A stretch of DNA of 64,000 nucleotides from Bacilli bacterium (GTDB taxonomy: Bacteria > Bacillota_I > Bacilli_A > ML615J-28 > CAG-698), in the NCBI GenBank assembly GCA_050953065.1, contig JBMNLZ010000003.1, positions 506,853-570,852 on the forward strand, read 5' to 3'. Under the pieces are notes generated by a model. It was not told where the DNA came from. It searched no databases and was given only the letters and a program-made list of their open reading frames with translations. Position 1 is the stretch's first letter; every line of letters starts with the position of its first letter. Shown piece after piece: positions 1 to 9,414 of the stretch. The position numbers and the translations under genes were made by a program.

Positions 1-1
1 C

Positions 2-334
2 AGTAAATACATTTTTACCTAAAGAATTTTCTAAAGTTTCAATTGATTCATTAGTTAAATTCATATCTCTAAAAATTACTCTTGAAGGAGCATTTTCATC
101 TGGTTCAAAAATTTTCATATTAGGATCATTATTTAATTCTAAAAGACTTCTAATTTTGCCTTTAAGGCTGCTGCCTGGAATAATTGGTTGATTATTTAAT
201 GGATTCTTAATAACAGGATTATCAATCCCACCAATTCCATAAATTTCTTTTGAACCACCTATATGAATACCAGTTAATATTTTTAACTCAATTTCCCACA
301 CTAATCTTTTTGTTATTCTAATATCTTTACTCAT
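2..334 (-). CDS. csm3: Type III-A CRISPR RAMP Csm3 (Cas7), 5' part; truncated by window edge
   Basis: Manual translation from ATG at 334 (AGGAGG RBS upstream): MSKDIRITKRLVWEIELKILTGIHIGGSKEIYGIGGIDNPVIKNPLNNQPIIPGSSLKGKIRSLLE, with the TGIHIGG, GGIDN (catalytic Asp) and IPGSSLKGK motifs; follows csm2. Confidence 0.93.
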   Translation of the reverse strand, partial: MSKDIRITKRLVWEIELKILTGIHIGGSKEIYGIGGIDNPVIKNPLNNQPIIPGSSLKGKIRSLLELNNDPNMKIFEPDENAPSRVIFRDMNLTNESIETLENSLGKNVFT

Positions 335-347
335 TTTTTCCTCCTAT

Positions 348-809
348 TTATTTTTTAAGATAAGCTACTATACTTTCAAAAAATTTTGAAAAAGTATAAA
401 TATCTTTATCAGATTTTAATTTATCATTATTAATACAAACTTTCATTAATTCAAAAAAATCTTTTTCAACTAATTCTCGACCTACTGCATAAGCTACTAG
501 TGGTAAAATCATAAACATTTTTTCTAAACCTTTTTCAAAACCATCAGTTTTAGTTAATTCTTCTGCTTCTTTTACCATAGAATAAATTTTTCTAATTTGA
601 TTAGATTTAGTTGATTTAAATCCATTAGCGATTTTATAAGCTTTACCTTCAGGTAAATACAAATCTTCCTTTGTTAAATATTTAAATAAAGTAAAGTTAG
701 CATTTTTAATTTCTCTAGAAATTACAACAACTTCACTTTCTTGAAAATCTCTTCTTTGTTGAAAAGTGTTTTGATTATAATTTCTATTACCATAATTATT
801 TTTATTCAT
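348..809 (-). CDS. csm2: Type III-A small subunit Csm2 (Cas11)
   Basis: SNQIRKIY, LAY-like VAYAVGR and FFESIVAYLK motifs; located between cas10 and csm3. Confidence 0.9.
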   Translation of the reverse strand: MNKNNYGNRNYNQNTFQQRRDFQESEVVVISREIKNANFTLFKYLTKEDLYLPEGKAYKIANGFKSTKSNQIRKIYSMVKEAEELTKTDGFEKGLEKMFMILPLVAYAVGRELVEKDFFELMKVCINNDKLKSDKDIYTFSKFFESIVAYLKK

Positions 810-814
810 AATTT

Positions 815-3109
815 TTATTTTTCCTTTCTACTTTTTAATAAGGCATATTCAAAAATTACCTTGTATTTTTTTAAACTCTCAATTTCAACATCTCTACGAA
901 CAAAAAGCTTTTTTAACTTATCTTTCTCTACTCCTTTTAAATTTCTTTCAAAAGAATATGAAAGATGAGGTATAAATTTCATAAATTCATAAATTGGATT
1001 ATTTGATTCTAGTGCTCTTGCTAAACAATCATAAATCTTATAAACAATCGACCTAGAAATTTGTCCTTCTTCAAGTTTTGCTTTATAATCTTCACTTTCT
1101 TTAATCACAAAATCTAGTTCACTATTATTTAGTGTAACATCAAAAATAGTAAAACTATTTTTTTCTTCTTTTGCTTTAGAAGCCTCTAAATATCTTTCAG
1201 CTTGCAATACTGCATATCTAATTGGCGACTTGGAGTTAAAAATTTCCACCCCAGAACTTATATGAATGTCTTTATTATCTGAAACATAATTTTTCAATTC
1301 ATCACAAATGTCTTTATTAATACTTAAGATTTCACTAGCAGGAGCAATCAAAACCAGATCATCTCCTCCTGAATAATTGATATAGACTTTATCATTTCTA
1401 TTCTTCTTCATCATATCATTAAGTTTCTTTGTAAAGAAATAATCTAGCGTTCTTGATAAAGTTAATACTTTTGAGAATGTTTTAAATTCTTTAGGTATTC
1501 CTCTATTAAAAATAAAGCCTAAATTATCAACATCCATTTTTAAAATAGCTAACTTTTTATCACCTATTGATTTAGCAGCTATTTCTTCAAATGAATTTCC
1601 ATTTGCATTTAAATTAGCATAATACTTAGACTCACCTAATTCATTACCATTGATAGTTACATAAAAAGCATCTTCTAATATCTCTTTAAATTCTTCAGCT
1701 ATTTTAATTTGACCTAATTTCCCAAAATCAAGTTTAAACAACTTATCTCTTATAGAACCATTAAAAGTATATTCAACAATAAGTTTATTATTATGTACTA
1801 ATAAGTCATTTAATTTAATATAATCTTCACAATCTTGACAACGTTCTCCATTTAAAGCTTCGTTGATTTCACACAATTCACAAACCTTGTTTAAAGCCTC
1901 GCCTACAAAAGAAACATCTTCTTTTTTAAATAAAGTTTTAAATTTTTGTTTTTTACTAATCAAAACTTTTTTATTATCAGGATGCATCACTTCATCATAA
2001 ATAATATTGAAATCGTTTATATCGCCTTCATAAGTTGCAAATGCAAAAGACAATTTACCTTTATATTTTTTAAACAATTCATCTTCAATTTCAAATAATG
2101 TTTTTTCAATCACTTCATCAAAATTATCTAATTTAGGTAAAAGCAACATCCCTCTACCACCAGCTGAAAACAAAATGTTTTCATATGATAAATTAAAGTC
2201 ATTTAAAATCTTATATCCAATTAAGTCCGTTAAAAGTAATAAGAAAAATGATCTGGTTCTTAAAGACTTAGCAATATCTTTTTTAGTTGCTTCACCTTCA
2301 GTAACTTTATAAATGTAATCTTGGGTTCCTGATAAATCATATTCTAATAATACAAATTTTAAATCTCTTGATGCATCTCCAAACTTATAATTTAACGACT
2401 TTAAAGTTGCTGCTAAAGCTGCAGTAACTTTTAAGTGATCAAACAAACTTACAGAAGATTTGTATTCTGGAAAATCTTTTACATAAGTTGCAGAAGGAAT
2501 ACAAGTTGTATACGATTTAAGCAATGGATATAATCTGTGATGAATTATAAAATCATTTTTGTCTTTAATCTTTTGACATTCTTCTCTAAATTTATCGAAT
2601 AACTCCTTATATTCTTTTTTTGCCTGATCCAAATTAGTTGTTTTTGATTCACTAATTAATTTAAAATCATCAAGTGTTTTCAAATCCAAATATTTTGGAC
2701 TAGAAACACTTTGCCCTTCTAAAGAAATCTCATTAAAAATACTGTTCATTCTTTTCATAATGAAATCATTCTTATTTTGTTTATAAGCAATGTCTTCATC
2801 TACGTCTTCATCGACAGGACTTTTTCTATCATGTGCAGAAGCAAGTCTATCTGCTTTAGCGACTTCCGATCTTTCATCTTTATGATGGTTAGCTGCTAAA
2901 GTATTAATACTTGTAAGATTAGGCAAGTTATTCAAAATAAATTTTGAAGTAAAAGCCGCATGCACATACTCTCCCATATTTTTGATAAACGTTTCGTCAT
3001 AACTTCCTGCTTCTATTCTATCACCTGTTCTTTGATAAAATTTACCAATATCATGCAAAAGTCCTGCTAATGTAGAATGCAAAATTTCTAATTTTTTTTC
3101 TCTCTCCAT
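815..3109 (-). CDS. cas10: Type III-A Cas10/Csm1 (HD nuclease + palm cyclase)
   Basis: N-terminal GLLHDIGKF HD motif, ADRLAS, SLFDHLK, DLSGTQDYIY, CxxC zinc motifs, KMDVDNLG and YSGGDD palm motif. Confidence 0.97.
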   Translation of the reverse strand: MEREKKLEILHSTLAGLLHDIGKFYQRTGDRIEAGSYDETFIKNMGEYVHAAFTSKFILNNLPNLTSINTLAANHHKDERSEVAKADRLASAHDRKSPVDEDVDEDIAYKQNKNDFIMKRMNSIFNEISLEGQSVSSPKYLDLKTLDDFKLISESKTTNLDQAKKEYKELFDKFREECQKIKDKNDFIIHHRLYPLLKSYTTCIPSATYVKDFPEYKSSVSLFDHLKVTAALAATLKSLNYKFGDASRDLKFVLLEYDLSGTQDYIYKVTEGEATKKDIAKSLRTRSFFLLLLTDLIGYKILNDFNLSYENILFSAGGRGMLLLPKLDNFDEVIEKTLFEIEDELFKKYKGKLSFAFATYEGDINDFNIIYDEVMHPDNKKVLISKKQKFKTLFKKEDVSFVGEALNKVCELCEINEALNGERCQDCEDYIKLNDLLVHNNKLIVEYTFNGSIRDKLFKLDFGKLGQIKIAEEFKEILEDAFYVTINGNELGESKYYANLNANGNSFEEIAAKSIGDKKLAILKMDVDNLGFIFNRGIPKEFKTFSKVLTLSRTLDYFFTKKLNDMMKKNRNDKVYINYSGGDDLVLIAPASEILSINKDICDELKNYVSDNKDIHISSGVEIFNSKSPIRYAVLQAERYLEASKAKEEKNSFTIFDVTLNNSELDFVIKESEDYKAKLEEGQISRSIVYKIYDCLARALESNNPIYEFMKFIPHLSYSFERNLKGVEKDKLKKLFVRRDVEIESLKKYKVIFEYALLKSRKEK

Positions 3110-3110
3110 T

Positions 3111-4418
3111 CTATTCTCCTTTCGTTTTATTTTTTATATAAATATTTATTTCTTCATATAAATCCCATTTAATTTGTTTTTGAATATCTTTATTACAGTA
3201 TTCAAAAACTTCTTTAATATTCTTTAATATTGCCTTAACACTAATATTAAATTCTTTTTTTATTTTATCTTCACTAAAGCCTACAATTTCATGAGAAGAT
3301 TTATTTCTGATTTTCCTTTCAAAGTCTAAAAAAGAATCTAGTTTTTTACTATAAAAAGAAAATTTTTCTTTATCCTCTTTTATTAAATATTCAAATAATC
3401 CTTTCGCATTTCTAAAGGAAATGTATTCATTTTTTTTATCTAAATGATTTTTTATATTAGAATACTTTTCTTCTAATTTTTCTACATCTATAAGATTTCT
3501 TTGTTTTTTAGAAGCATAATTAAATATGCTATCATTGAATTCTTTTTTTATGACCATATCAGTTAGTTCAACAAATATCGGAGAAATTGCTCTTGCAAAA
3601 TCAGTCGCCAATCCAAGTTCATCTCTAATAGACAAATACAATATGTATTCATATATTTTAGAAGTTTCTTTTCTTTTTATCGGGAAAAACTCAATTTTTG
3701 TTGGAATTTGGAAAGCTTTTTTATAGTTAAGAATTGATTTAAAATAGACTTTATCAACTAAAGCTTTAGTTTCCTTGCCAAAAATATTTGGATGGTATTT
3801 CTCTACTATTGTTTTTGCTCCTAAATAATTGTATGAATCAAGCATCGTATTAAAAATAGAAATTGTTGAAAACCTAATTAGATTAGGAAGTTTTGAAACC
3901 TCGCATCTATTTGGAGAATCTATTTCACCATCATAAGAATACTCTAAAACTTCTTTACCCGTTGTCACTTTAAACATTTCTTTATTGTCATCTTTATGTG
4001 TACTTTCTTTAATATTTTTATTTACTTTCATGTAAATAAAAGGATGATGAATATGAACACTAATCAATTCCAGTGAAGCAATCATTTGAGGAGTTCCTGA
4101 TGTAATATTTAATATCACTTCGCTCTCAGGGTATTTATCAATTATATCTTTTAACGTTTTTTCAATATCATCATCAATTATTCCCTCTTCATTAGGTTTT
4201 GTTAAATCAGGTCTTTCAATTCTAATAACTTGGATTTTTGGATTTAATTCTTTTAAAGCCTCATCAATTATATTATTTGGATCTCTATCTATAGCATCCT
4301 TTGAATAATACAAATACGCTTTGTCTATATGGTTGTGTCTTACTATATGTAAAATTGCACCATCTCTACAATTTGAAATTGGATCAGTCATACCAACAAA
4401 ACTAAATAATATTTTCAT
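3111..4418 (-). CDS. csm6: CARF-HEPN cOA-activated RNase Csm6
   Basis: N-terminus ILFSFVGMTDP..RDGAILHIVRH, NITSGTPQM CARF motif, C-terminal RNKSSH (Rx4H HEPN); stop codon abuts cas10 start. Confidence 0.92.
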   Translation of the reverse strand: MKILFSFVGMTDPISNCRDGAILHIVRHNHIDKAYLYYSKDAIDRDPNNIIDEALKELNPKIQVIRIERPDLTKPNEEGIIDDDIEKTLKDIIDKYPESEVILNITSGTPQMIASLELISVHIHHPFIYMKVNKNIKESTHKDDNKEMFKVTTGKEVLEYSYDGEIDSPNRCEVSKLPNLIRFSTISIFNTMLDSYNYLGAKTIVEKYHPNIFGKETKALVDKVYFKSILNYKKAFQIPTKIEFFPIKRKETSKIYEYILYLSIRDELGLATDFARAISPIFVELTDMVIKKEFNDSIFNYASKKQRNLIDVEKLEEKYSNIKNHLDKKNEYISFRNAKGLFEYLIKEDKEKFSFYSKKLDSFLDFERKIRNKSSHEIVGFSEDKIKKEFNISVKAILKNIKEVFEYCNKDIQKQIKWDLYEEINIYIKNKTKGE

Positions 4419-4453
4419 ATGTCCTCTTTTTTTAAAAAAATCTACTTTATTAC

Positions 4454-4587
4454 ATTATAATACAAAACTAACATTTTAAAAAGATAAAAAACAAAAATCT
4501 TTTTGTTCCCATTATGGAGTTAATTTAATACTTATTAGCTTTTTTGGTTCCTATTGTATGGACTTTTTAAAATAGATAATGTATAAT
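4454..4587. promoter_or_regulatory. Divergent promoter region csm6 / WYL with two related imperfect palindromic boxes
   Basis: Minus-strand TATAAT at 4454-4459 with weak -35; plus-strand TGGACT(4559-64)-17 nt-TATAAT(4582-87); boxes gttcccattatggag (4505-4519) and gttcctattgtatggac (4547-4563). Confidence 0.5.
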
Positions 4588-4619
4588 CAAATTATCTTTT
4601 AAAAAAGAAGGTGTAATTT

Positions 4620-5666
4620 ATGGGATTTATAATTTTAACCGATAATAATAAACAACATCTTAATCTCTCTAAAGAGGCTTGGCTTTGTATTGATGATGAT
4701 ATCAATAATTTTACAAATCCTAGAAACAAGAAAAATCTATCAGGATTTTTAAATACTGTTTTTAATAATTTTTATAGAGAAGCTAATGCTTCTATCTCAA
4801 TCAGAATAACTAATTATCAGGATGAGTTAAATAATATCTTAAAGCCATTTGAAATTGGAATTGAAAGTAATATACTTTTTACCTTAAAAGAAAAATTAAT
4901 CGAAAACGAAACGTTTAAATTAAAACAAAATATTTCTCAAATTAAGGGTGAAGGCAGAAAATTTAGAATTAATAATGATAATTTAAAAATTCTAGAAGAT
5001 TCTCATGAGAATCTTTTTTACGATAATTCCTTAGGGCTTTACTTAAAAGCGATATTTGAGGAATACACTAAAAAACCATATTATTTAAGAGAACAAATTT
5101 ATTTTAAAGAACACATTGATAAAATCAATTATAGTCTTAAAAATAATCAAATGATAAAAATAACTTTAATAAATAACGTTAAATTTTGGGTTTCACCATT
5201 TTCATTAGAAACCGAAAAAACTCAAACCTTTAATTATTTAATTGGAGTTGCTAGAGAATTTAATAAAAATCAAACTCCACCTAAAACAATCTCTTCGTTT
5301 AGATTGTCAAAAATCAAAGACATTTATATTAGTGAAAGAAAATCAAATATTTCAAATCAATTGAAAAACTCTATATCAAAACAACTAAATAATAGTGGAC
5401 CACAATTTATGAGTTCCACTGAATGTTTAATAAAAGTAAAGTTAACTGAAAAAGGAAAAAAGAAATACTCCAGTCAAATATATATGAGACCAACATATAC
5501 AAAAATTGAGGATGATATCTATTATTTTTATGCAACTGAAACTCAAATAATTTATTATTTTTTTAAATTTGGTAACGATGCTTTAATAATCGAACCAATT
5601 GCTTTAAAAAAATATTTAGAAAAATTTTATTATGAATCATATATAGCTTATAAAGAAATAAAATAA
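4620..5666 (+). CDS. WYL-domain protein, CRISPR-associated, divergent from cas operon
   Basis: VSPFSL..FNYLIG..SFRLSKIKDI WYL core and C-terminal YFFKFGNDALIIEP (WCX-like); GAAGGTG RBS. Confidence 0.85.
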   Translation: MGFIILTDNNKQHLNLSKEAWLCIDDDINNFTNPRNKKNLSGFLNTVFNNFYREANASISIRITNYQDELNNILKPFEIGIESNILFTLKEKLIENETFKLKQNISQIKGEGRKFRINNDNLKILEDSHENLFYDNSLGLYLKAIFEEYTKKPYYLREQIYFKEHIDKINYSLKNNQMIKITLINNVKFWVSPFSLETEKTQTFNYLIGVAREFNKNQTPPKTISSFRLSKIKDIYISERKSNISNQLKNSISKQLNNSGPQFMSSTECLIKVKLTEKGKKKYSSQIYMRPTYTKIEDDIYYFYATETQIIYYFFKFGNDALIIEPIALKKYLEKFYYESYIAYKEIK

Positions 5667-5700
5667 TATTTAAAAGTAAAATCTAAAAAAAATTATTGAT

Positions 5701-5734
5701 ATAAAAATGTCTACTTAAATAGTAGACATTTTTA
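5701..5734. terminator. Bidirectional intrinsic terminator between WYL and RuvB-like genes
   Basis: Perfect inverted repeat ataaaaatgtctact / agtagacatttttat between convergent genes. Confidence 0.85.
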
Positions 5735-5738
5735 TTGT

Positions 5739-7052
5739 TTACTTCATATAATTAACAACTGCCTCAGTTGCAACTCTACCCTTTGGTGTTTTCCTAATAA
5801 AACCAATTGCCATTAAGTATGGTTCATGTTGGTTTTCAACTGTTTGGACACTTTCACCAAGCATTGTTGCGATAGTTTCAAGTCCAACCGGACTTCCTTT
5901 ATATTCATTAATTAAAATATTTAAAATATCTCTATCAGTTGCATCTAACCCTAAATCATCAATCTTACGCTCTTTAAAATACATCTCAACAATCATTTCA
6001 GTAATTGTTGTTGATTTTAAAACTTGTGTTTTATCTCTAATTCCTTTTAAGTACTTATTAGCAATTCTAGGGACACCTTTACTTCTCTTAGCAATTGCTT
6101 CAATTGCCTTATCTTCAATCTCAAAACCAAATTCACCTTTAGCATTTTTTAGTTTTGTTGCGCTGTTTTTAATTAATTGAGTTAATTCTTCTATTGAACA
6201 AAGAGATAATTTATACTGTAAAGCAAAACGATCTCTAAATGGTTTTTCTAATAAACCTAAATGATTGGTTGCACCAATCAAAGTAAATTTAGGTAACTTG
6301 ATAAATTCATTTATAACATCTTTTTTTTCTTTTTTAAAATAAGAAATAGAATAACTTTCTAAAGCAGTATAAATAGCCTCAGCTGCAGCTTTATTAATTC
6401 TATGAATTTCATCAATAAAAATGATATCACCTTCACTTATATTAGAGATCACCTGAACAAAACTATTAACATCTTTTATTGCAGGTCCGTTCATTATGAC
6501 AATGTTGGCATCCATTTCACTAGCTATTACTTTAGCAAGTGTTGTTTTACCAAGACCAGCTGGACCATAAACCATAATATGTTCTAAAGTATCATGTCTT
6601 TGCTTAGCAGCAATGATTGCTTCTTTTAAAGACTTAACTACTTGAGTTTGACCAATAAACTCAGATAATTTCTTAGGTCTTAAAATATCTCTATCATCTA
6701 AATAAATATTTTTACTTTTATTTTTAGATTTTTGTTTTTTGATTAGAAGTTTATTATAAAGTTCTAATTGAGTATCAAGTCTAGTATGTTCTTTTTTTAA
6801 AGGTTTAATTAGTTTTCTAGATAAACCCTTTTCTTTTATAACTTTATCTATTTCTAAAAATGAAGTAATAGTTTTACTTAAATCTTTTTTTAGTTTCAAA
6901 GGAATATTTGAAACTAAAATATTATTTAAGTTTTGAACAATATTCATCAGATTTTCTAAAACTTTCTTTTCATTTTTTGATTTTATATCTTTAATCATTA
7001 AAACAATTAAATCTTTACTATTAAGATATAAAGCTTCTACTGTTAAAGGCAT
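5739..7052 (-). CDS. ruvB: RuvB-family AAA+ ATPase with ~115 aa N-terminal extension (probable paralogue)
   Basis: LRPKKLSEFIGQ, Walker A GPAGLGKTT, Walker B IFIDEIH, GAT, RDRF, GVPRIAN, EPYL..GFIRKTPKGR; no ruvA adjacent. Confidence 0.85.
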   Translation of the reverse strand: MPLTVEALYLNSKDLIVLMIKDIKSKNEKKVLENLMNIVQNLNNILVSNIPLKLKKDLSKTITSFLEIDKVIKEKGLSRKLIKPLKKEHTRLDTQLELYNKLLIKKQKSKNKSKNIYLDDRDILRPKKLSEFIGQTQVVKSLKEAIIAAKQRHDTLEHIMVYGPAGLGKTTLAKVIASEMDANIVIMNGPAIKDVNSFVQVISNISEGDIIFIDEIHRINKAAAEAIYTALESYSISYFKKEKKDVINEFIKLPKFTLIGATNHLGLLEKPFRDRFALQYKLSLCSIEELTQLIKNSATKLKNAKGEFGFEIEDKAIEAIAKRSKGVPRIANKYLKGIRDKTQVLKSTTITEMIVEMYFKERKIDDLGLDATDRDILNILINEYKGSPVGLETIATMLGESVQTVENQHEPYLMAIGFIRKTPKGRVATEAVVNYMK

Positions 7053-7063
7053 TTAATCTCTCC

Positions 7064-7696
7064 TTATTTTAAATTAATGATTTCTTTATAAGCATTTAAC
7101 TTTTCTTTATCAAAACAATTAATCATAAATTCTTTTAAATTCATAATTTTTGAATAATTATCTTTATTTAACTTTTTACCATATTGATTGTATTCAGCTT
7201 GAATTAAAAATGTATGAGTATATATTTTAATTCTTTTCTTTAAGATATTAGATAAAGATTCTTTATAAGAAGAACACTGAGTTACTTTTTCATGGAATTG
7301 ATAATTAGCATTTTCAGTAGTTCTATTAAAACTAAATTCAATAATAATTATATTATTAGAATTTAATAATAAATAATCTATTCTACTTGTTGTATATGGA
7401 ATATGATATTCAGCAATAATACTAGTTTCGTTTAAATATTTTTCTTCTAAATTATCAATTAAACTAAAAATAATATTAATACTATCCATCCATGAAACAA
7501 CTTCTGTCTCACAAACATCTAATCCTTGTTTACTAGCATATTCTTTTAGATTAATAAAGTATTGATAATCTTTTATTCTTTTAACTCTATCATCTAACCC
7601 CATATCACGGATTTGCCAGGTAACTGAACCTTCTTGTAATTTAGAAATAGCCTTTTTAAATTCTATTAAATTTTCATATGCAAATAAACATTTCAT
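7064..7696 (-). CDS. Hypothetical protein resembling the PD-(D/E)xK-like N-terminal domain of DUF2075 proteins
   Basis: EVVSWMDS, AEYHIPYTTSRIDYLLL..IIIIEF, and Q..SY..L pattern; 11 bp upstream of the RuvB-like gene. Confidence 0.55.
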   Translation of the reverse strand: MKCLFAYENLIEFKKAISKLQEGSVTWQIRDMGLDDRVKRIKDYQYFINLKEYASKQGLDVCETEVVSWMDSINIIFSLIDNLEEKYLNETSIIAEYHIPYTTSRIDYLLLNSNNIIIIEFSFNRTTENANYQFHEKVTQCSSYKESLSNILKKRIKIYTHTFLIQAEYNQYGKKLNKDNYSKIMNLKEFMINCFDKEKLNAYKEIINLK

Positions 7697-7803
7697 TTAT
7701 TTATGCCTTTCAATTTTTATAAAAAACTATATAATAACTTCTTAAATTATAACATAATCTAATATTTTTATAAAGTTTATTTAAACTATCTAATCTTCAA
7801 TAA

Positions 7804-9189
7804 CTAAACTTGTGGAAACACTTTTTTCATTAATCCTTTTAAAATAACTAAAACTAACAATATAAGATAACAAGCAATTCTAATTTCTGGTACTACTTTC
7901 CCATATAAAAAGCTATAATATATATTAATCCCCGTATGTCCAAGCACAACTACAGCAATATCAAAAATCATTAAAATTATAAGAAGACTAATAATTGTTT
8001 TCTTTTTTTCTAGCCTTTCAAAATTAGCATATTTTTGCCAGATTACCAATCCTATTAATTCAAACATTATTAAAACATATGGCCACATATTTAAAACCAC
8101 ATCAATTGAATAAGTCAACACAACAAATGAATATATAAAATAATTTATACTCATACTTGCTAGATATATAAAATATAAAAGCGTTCCAATAATTATTGTT
8201 TTTTTAACATTAAAAAATATAAGCAAGACTAAACCTCCTAATATGATTAATGAATATACTATCTGCATTGTTAATACTACAGCATATGAAATATTAAAAG
8301 AATCCATAAGAGAAAGTCCAAACGAAGATATAAATGCATGAATAATACTCATAACAATTCCTAATGTTACAAACAAAGTTTTAAAGCCTTTTTCTTTTTT
8401 ATAATTAAAAGTTATTAAAAGAATAATCCCCCAAATCATAAAAACAAACGAAAAACCCTTAAAGATCCATATAAAACCCAAGGTATTAAAAGGAAGAATT
8501 TTATTTAATATTAAATTAAGATGTTCTAATATTACTAATATAGCAGCTATTATAATACCCTTCTTTTCTTTTTTATATATAAAATAAAACAATACCAAAT
8601 GTAGAATTAAAAAATATATAAGTATTGCTTGTATACCAACAATGATTAATAAATGAGGTTGACTAGGTAATCTAATCAAATATAAAACAAAAAGAATATC
8701 TAATGCTACTATAACAAAATATAAAAAAATAGCTAAAAACAGATTCTTTAACTTTTTATACTTTTCTAAAGTTTTAATTGTTTTTAAATCTTTTCTACTC
8801 ATAAAAAGAAAAACAATAAAATTAATAATTAATAGTCCAGTTACATATAAAAATGCAAAAGTTTTAAAAGCACCTAAAAAAGAAATAGTAACTGCGATAA
8901 TTAATAAAACATTAATTACAAATAATATATTATAACCAATAATAAACTTCTTATCTTTTTTTTCTATTATTTCTTTATTATCATTTATTATCTCATAGTC
9001 TTCCTTTAAAAAGACTTCTTTTTCTACTTCAAATACACTAGCTAATCTTTCAATATCATCATCTGTTAAATTTAGTTTTCCTTCTTCCCATTTAGAAATA
9101 ACCTTAGTTTTAACATTCATTTTTTTAGCTAATTCTTTTTGAGTCCATAATTGATTAATTCTTAAATCTTTAATTATCTTAAAAACCAT
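7804..9189 (-). CDS. XRE-family HTH protein fused to a polytopic membrane domain
   Basis: IKDLR..WTQKELAKKMNV..ISKWEEG HTH followed by about 11-12 hydrophobic segments. Confidence 0.8.
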   Translation of the reverse strand: MVFKIIKDLRINQLWTQKELAKKMNVKTKVISKWEEGKLNLTDDDIERLASVFEVEKEVFLKEDYEIINDNKEIIEKKDKKFIIGYNILFVINVLLIIAVTISFLGAFKTFAFLYVTGLLIINFIVFLFMSRKDLKTIKTLEKYKKLKNLFLAIFLYFVIVALDILFVLYLIRLPSQPHLLIIVGIQAILIYFLILHLVLFYFIYKKEKKGIIIAAILVILEHLNLILNKILPFNTLGFIWIFKGFSFVFMIWGIILLITFNYKKEKGFKTLFVTLGIVMSIIHAFISSFGLSLMDSFNISYAVVLTMQIVYSLIILGGLVLLIFFNVKKTIIIGTLLYFIYLASMSINYFIYSFVVLTYSIDVVLNMWPYVLIMFELIGLVIWQKYANFERLEKKKTIISLLIILMIFDIAVVVLGHTGINIYYSFLYGKVVPEIRIACYLILLVLVILKGLMKKVFPQV

Positions 9190-9278
9190 TTCTTTTTTTC
9201 CTTTTTTTATATATTTTCTTTGTATAAAAATTATAACATAAAAACTCTTCTTTACAAAGTTAGTGTTTAAAAGAAAGA

Positions 9279-9307
9279 AAAAGCAAGATTTTTAAAACCT
9301 TGCTTTT
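9279..9307 (-). terminator. Intrinsic terminator downstream of the 9415 lipoprotein
   Basis: aaaagcaag..cttgctttt inverted repeat. Confidence 0.6.
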
Positions 9308-9414
9308 AAAGTTATTCTATCTTACATTCTAGATAAAACATTATACTTTATTTTACTTTCAGTAACACCATATATTTTTTTTAAAATTGTAATTAGATTT
9401 AATAATTAATAAAT

